Shown: positions 62,501 to 64,000 of the stretch, piece after piece
Position numbering within the stretch: the first letter of the stretch is position 1
Layout: every line of letters begins with the position of its first letter
Assembly (NCBI GenBank): GCA_905178155.1
Contig: CAJINV010000017.1
Coordinates: forward strand, 736,722 to 800,721
Length of the DNA: 64,000 nucleotides
DNA from: Amoebophrya sp. A120
Lineage: Eukaryota > Protista > Dinoflagellata
Direction of reading: 5' to 3'
Position numbers and translations under genes: made by a program
Notes under the pieces: model-generated
What the model was told of the DNA's origin: nothing
What the model saw: the letters and a program-made list of their open reading frames with translations, nothing else
The model's database searches: none

Positions 62501-64000
62501 CATAAGGAGCAAAACCCACAGCCACACCAAACTCATCCCCAAGACGCGCCGCGAGGCACTCGAGCGCCTTTGCGAGGAGAAACAGAAGCAGGATGTCGTG
62601 TGGCAAAACTTTACTGGGAAGAACAGCAGTAGACCAGATGGTGGTCCTTCTACGTCTTATCGACAAGCGCACATTGAAGCGGCGGAAAACCTCCTCGCCA
62701 ACCTCTCCGCCCTCGGCTTTCTCCTTGGGGATCGTGCATACCGGGATAAGCAAACGTTACCCGAACGCGAGTACAGCCAGAGCTGGAAGTTAGTCCGAGG
62801 CCACTGGGTTTTACTTCTGCAAACCGTCGACCCCGACAGGGAAAACGCTCTGCTGCGGTTTTTCTTGCTGTTGTTGTTCGTCGCGAGTTACTGGTGGGCT
62901 TTCGACCGATTGGATTTCGACCCCTCGAAGTTGCAGCAAAACGAGAGCCAAATTCTCCGCAACATGTTCGTCACGCTCTACGGTATGACGATGACAAAGA
63001 CCGACGAATGGACAAGCAAAATCAAGTCTACCGGACGGGAAAAGGTTTCCACAACATTTCCGGAGTCGAACGAAAAGATGAAAGCGGACCAGGGGAACCG
63101 CTTCATTTTGCACTTTGATGCAGAGAAAAGGAACGACTTTTACGCCGTGTTTCAGCTCCTGCGCACGGAGGTGGCGAGGACTGCGGAGCAACTGGATTAC
63201 ACGCTCGTGCACAACTGCTTTGTAAAGCGGGAAAAGGATCTGGCTACAACTGTTGCAGCATTAGAGAAAGAGGTGCAAGACAGAAGTGTCAAGGCCGTAG
63301 AGGTGTTGCAGGCGTGCGCTGCGAAGAACCACGAGGCAGCTCGTGCAGGAGCAGCAATGTTCATCACAGCAGAGACCGGGAACAAAGAGACAGGCAAACG
63401 GAATCATGAGTGCCATACATCAACTTCGAGCGGCCCCCTGCTTCCGGCGGGCGTCCGTGATCCAGCGCAGACGTCGAAGCAGCCCTTCACCGCGGCTGCA
63501 GCCGCTTCGTCAATAAGACTTCCTGCTTCGCTTTTGCAAGAACCTTCGTTGCCCACTACAATAGCACGACAACTACATCCACTTCTACAAGAAGAAATAG
63601 ATTCTGCGCGACGGCCATTTTCGCCCTCAGCCCCGCTAGCGTTGAACACCAGATACCTTTATCAAATGCAAAAGTGTCTGGGTCTGGAAGAATACAAACT
63701 TGCGATGCGCATTTCAGAACACAGAAAAATCTCTCATGCATCATGGGTAGCAAAAGCTGCCTTCTTTCTGTCACCAAAGTGGGGGATTTGTCATGCGGAT
63801 TCGGCATCGCGGATGCGGAAGCTTCTCGAAACCTGTAATGCTAGAGCTTCCATGCCAGACCTTCTGTGTCATGCAAAAACAGCATGACTCTTCCAGACCC
63901 AGACACTTTTACATTTGATAACCTTCCTGCTTCCGCGCCTTTTTCCAAGGAAAGACTGGAGTTTCTCCTCAACCACATGAAGAAGCGGTGGCCCGTCGAG
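59577..64000 (+). CDS. Large hypothetical protein, runs off the window end
   Basis: ORF 59577 joins ORF 60126 via a 189-nt GT-AG intron at 59899-60087. After removing the introner at 63660-63925 the frame stays open to 64000 (TRYL|PASAPFSKERLEFLLNH). Confidence 0.72.
63660..63920. mobile_element. Introner family A copy 4 (261 bp), TSD ACCTT
   Basis: 32-bp TIR with 1 mismatch, nearly identical to the copies at 34 kb. ACCTT at 63655-63659 and 63921-63925. Confidence 0.95.

Noticed and set aside
6538-63807. Numerous long minus-strand and alternate-frame ORFs (e.g. 36105-37229, 10656-11528, 28024-28875)
   Set aside because: They are shadows of GC-rich + strand genes, with no motifs of their own.

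Overview
Eukaryotic, gene-dense genomic DNA, not prokaryotic. About 13 protein-coding genes are all on the + strand. The mix of co-oriented genes, long low-complexity proteins, short GT-AG introns and TIR/direct-repeat-bounded non-canonical introns suggests a parasitic dinoflagellate of the Amoebophrya/Syndiniales type (inference, no search run). Recognisable genes: MSH6, UTP11, a TTC1-like TPR protein, an Aurora-like kinase, a Cys-less pentameric ligand-gated ion channel, an RDH-like SDR and a MATE transporter. Main signals: (1) seven 212-314 bp MITE-like introners sit inside coding exons, with TAT...ATA ends, 5-bp target-site duplications and a shared internal TGT(G/A/C)ATGC motif. Removing the element plus one TSD restores the frame, mostly without GT-AG ends. 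(2) A secreted Cys-rich protein continues through four in-frame TGA codons, with a weak SECIS-like hairpin downstream (candidate multi-selenocysteine protein). (3) A structured 730-bp intronic element has asymmetric inverted repeats and a 3' hairpin (Helitron2-like). (4) A 1.5-kb GC-rich insert lies between 67-bp direct repeats and contains a long palindrome. All exon joins were derived by hand and need RNA confirmation.
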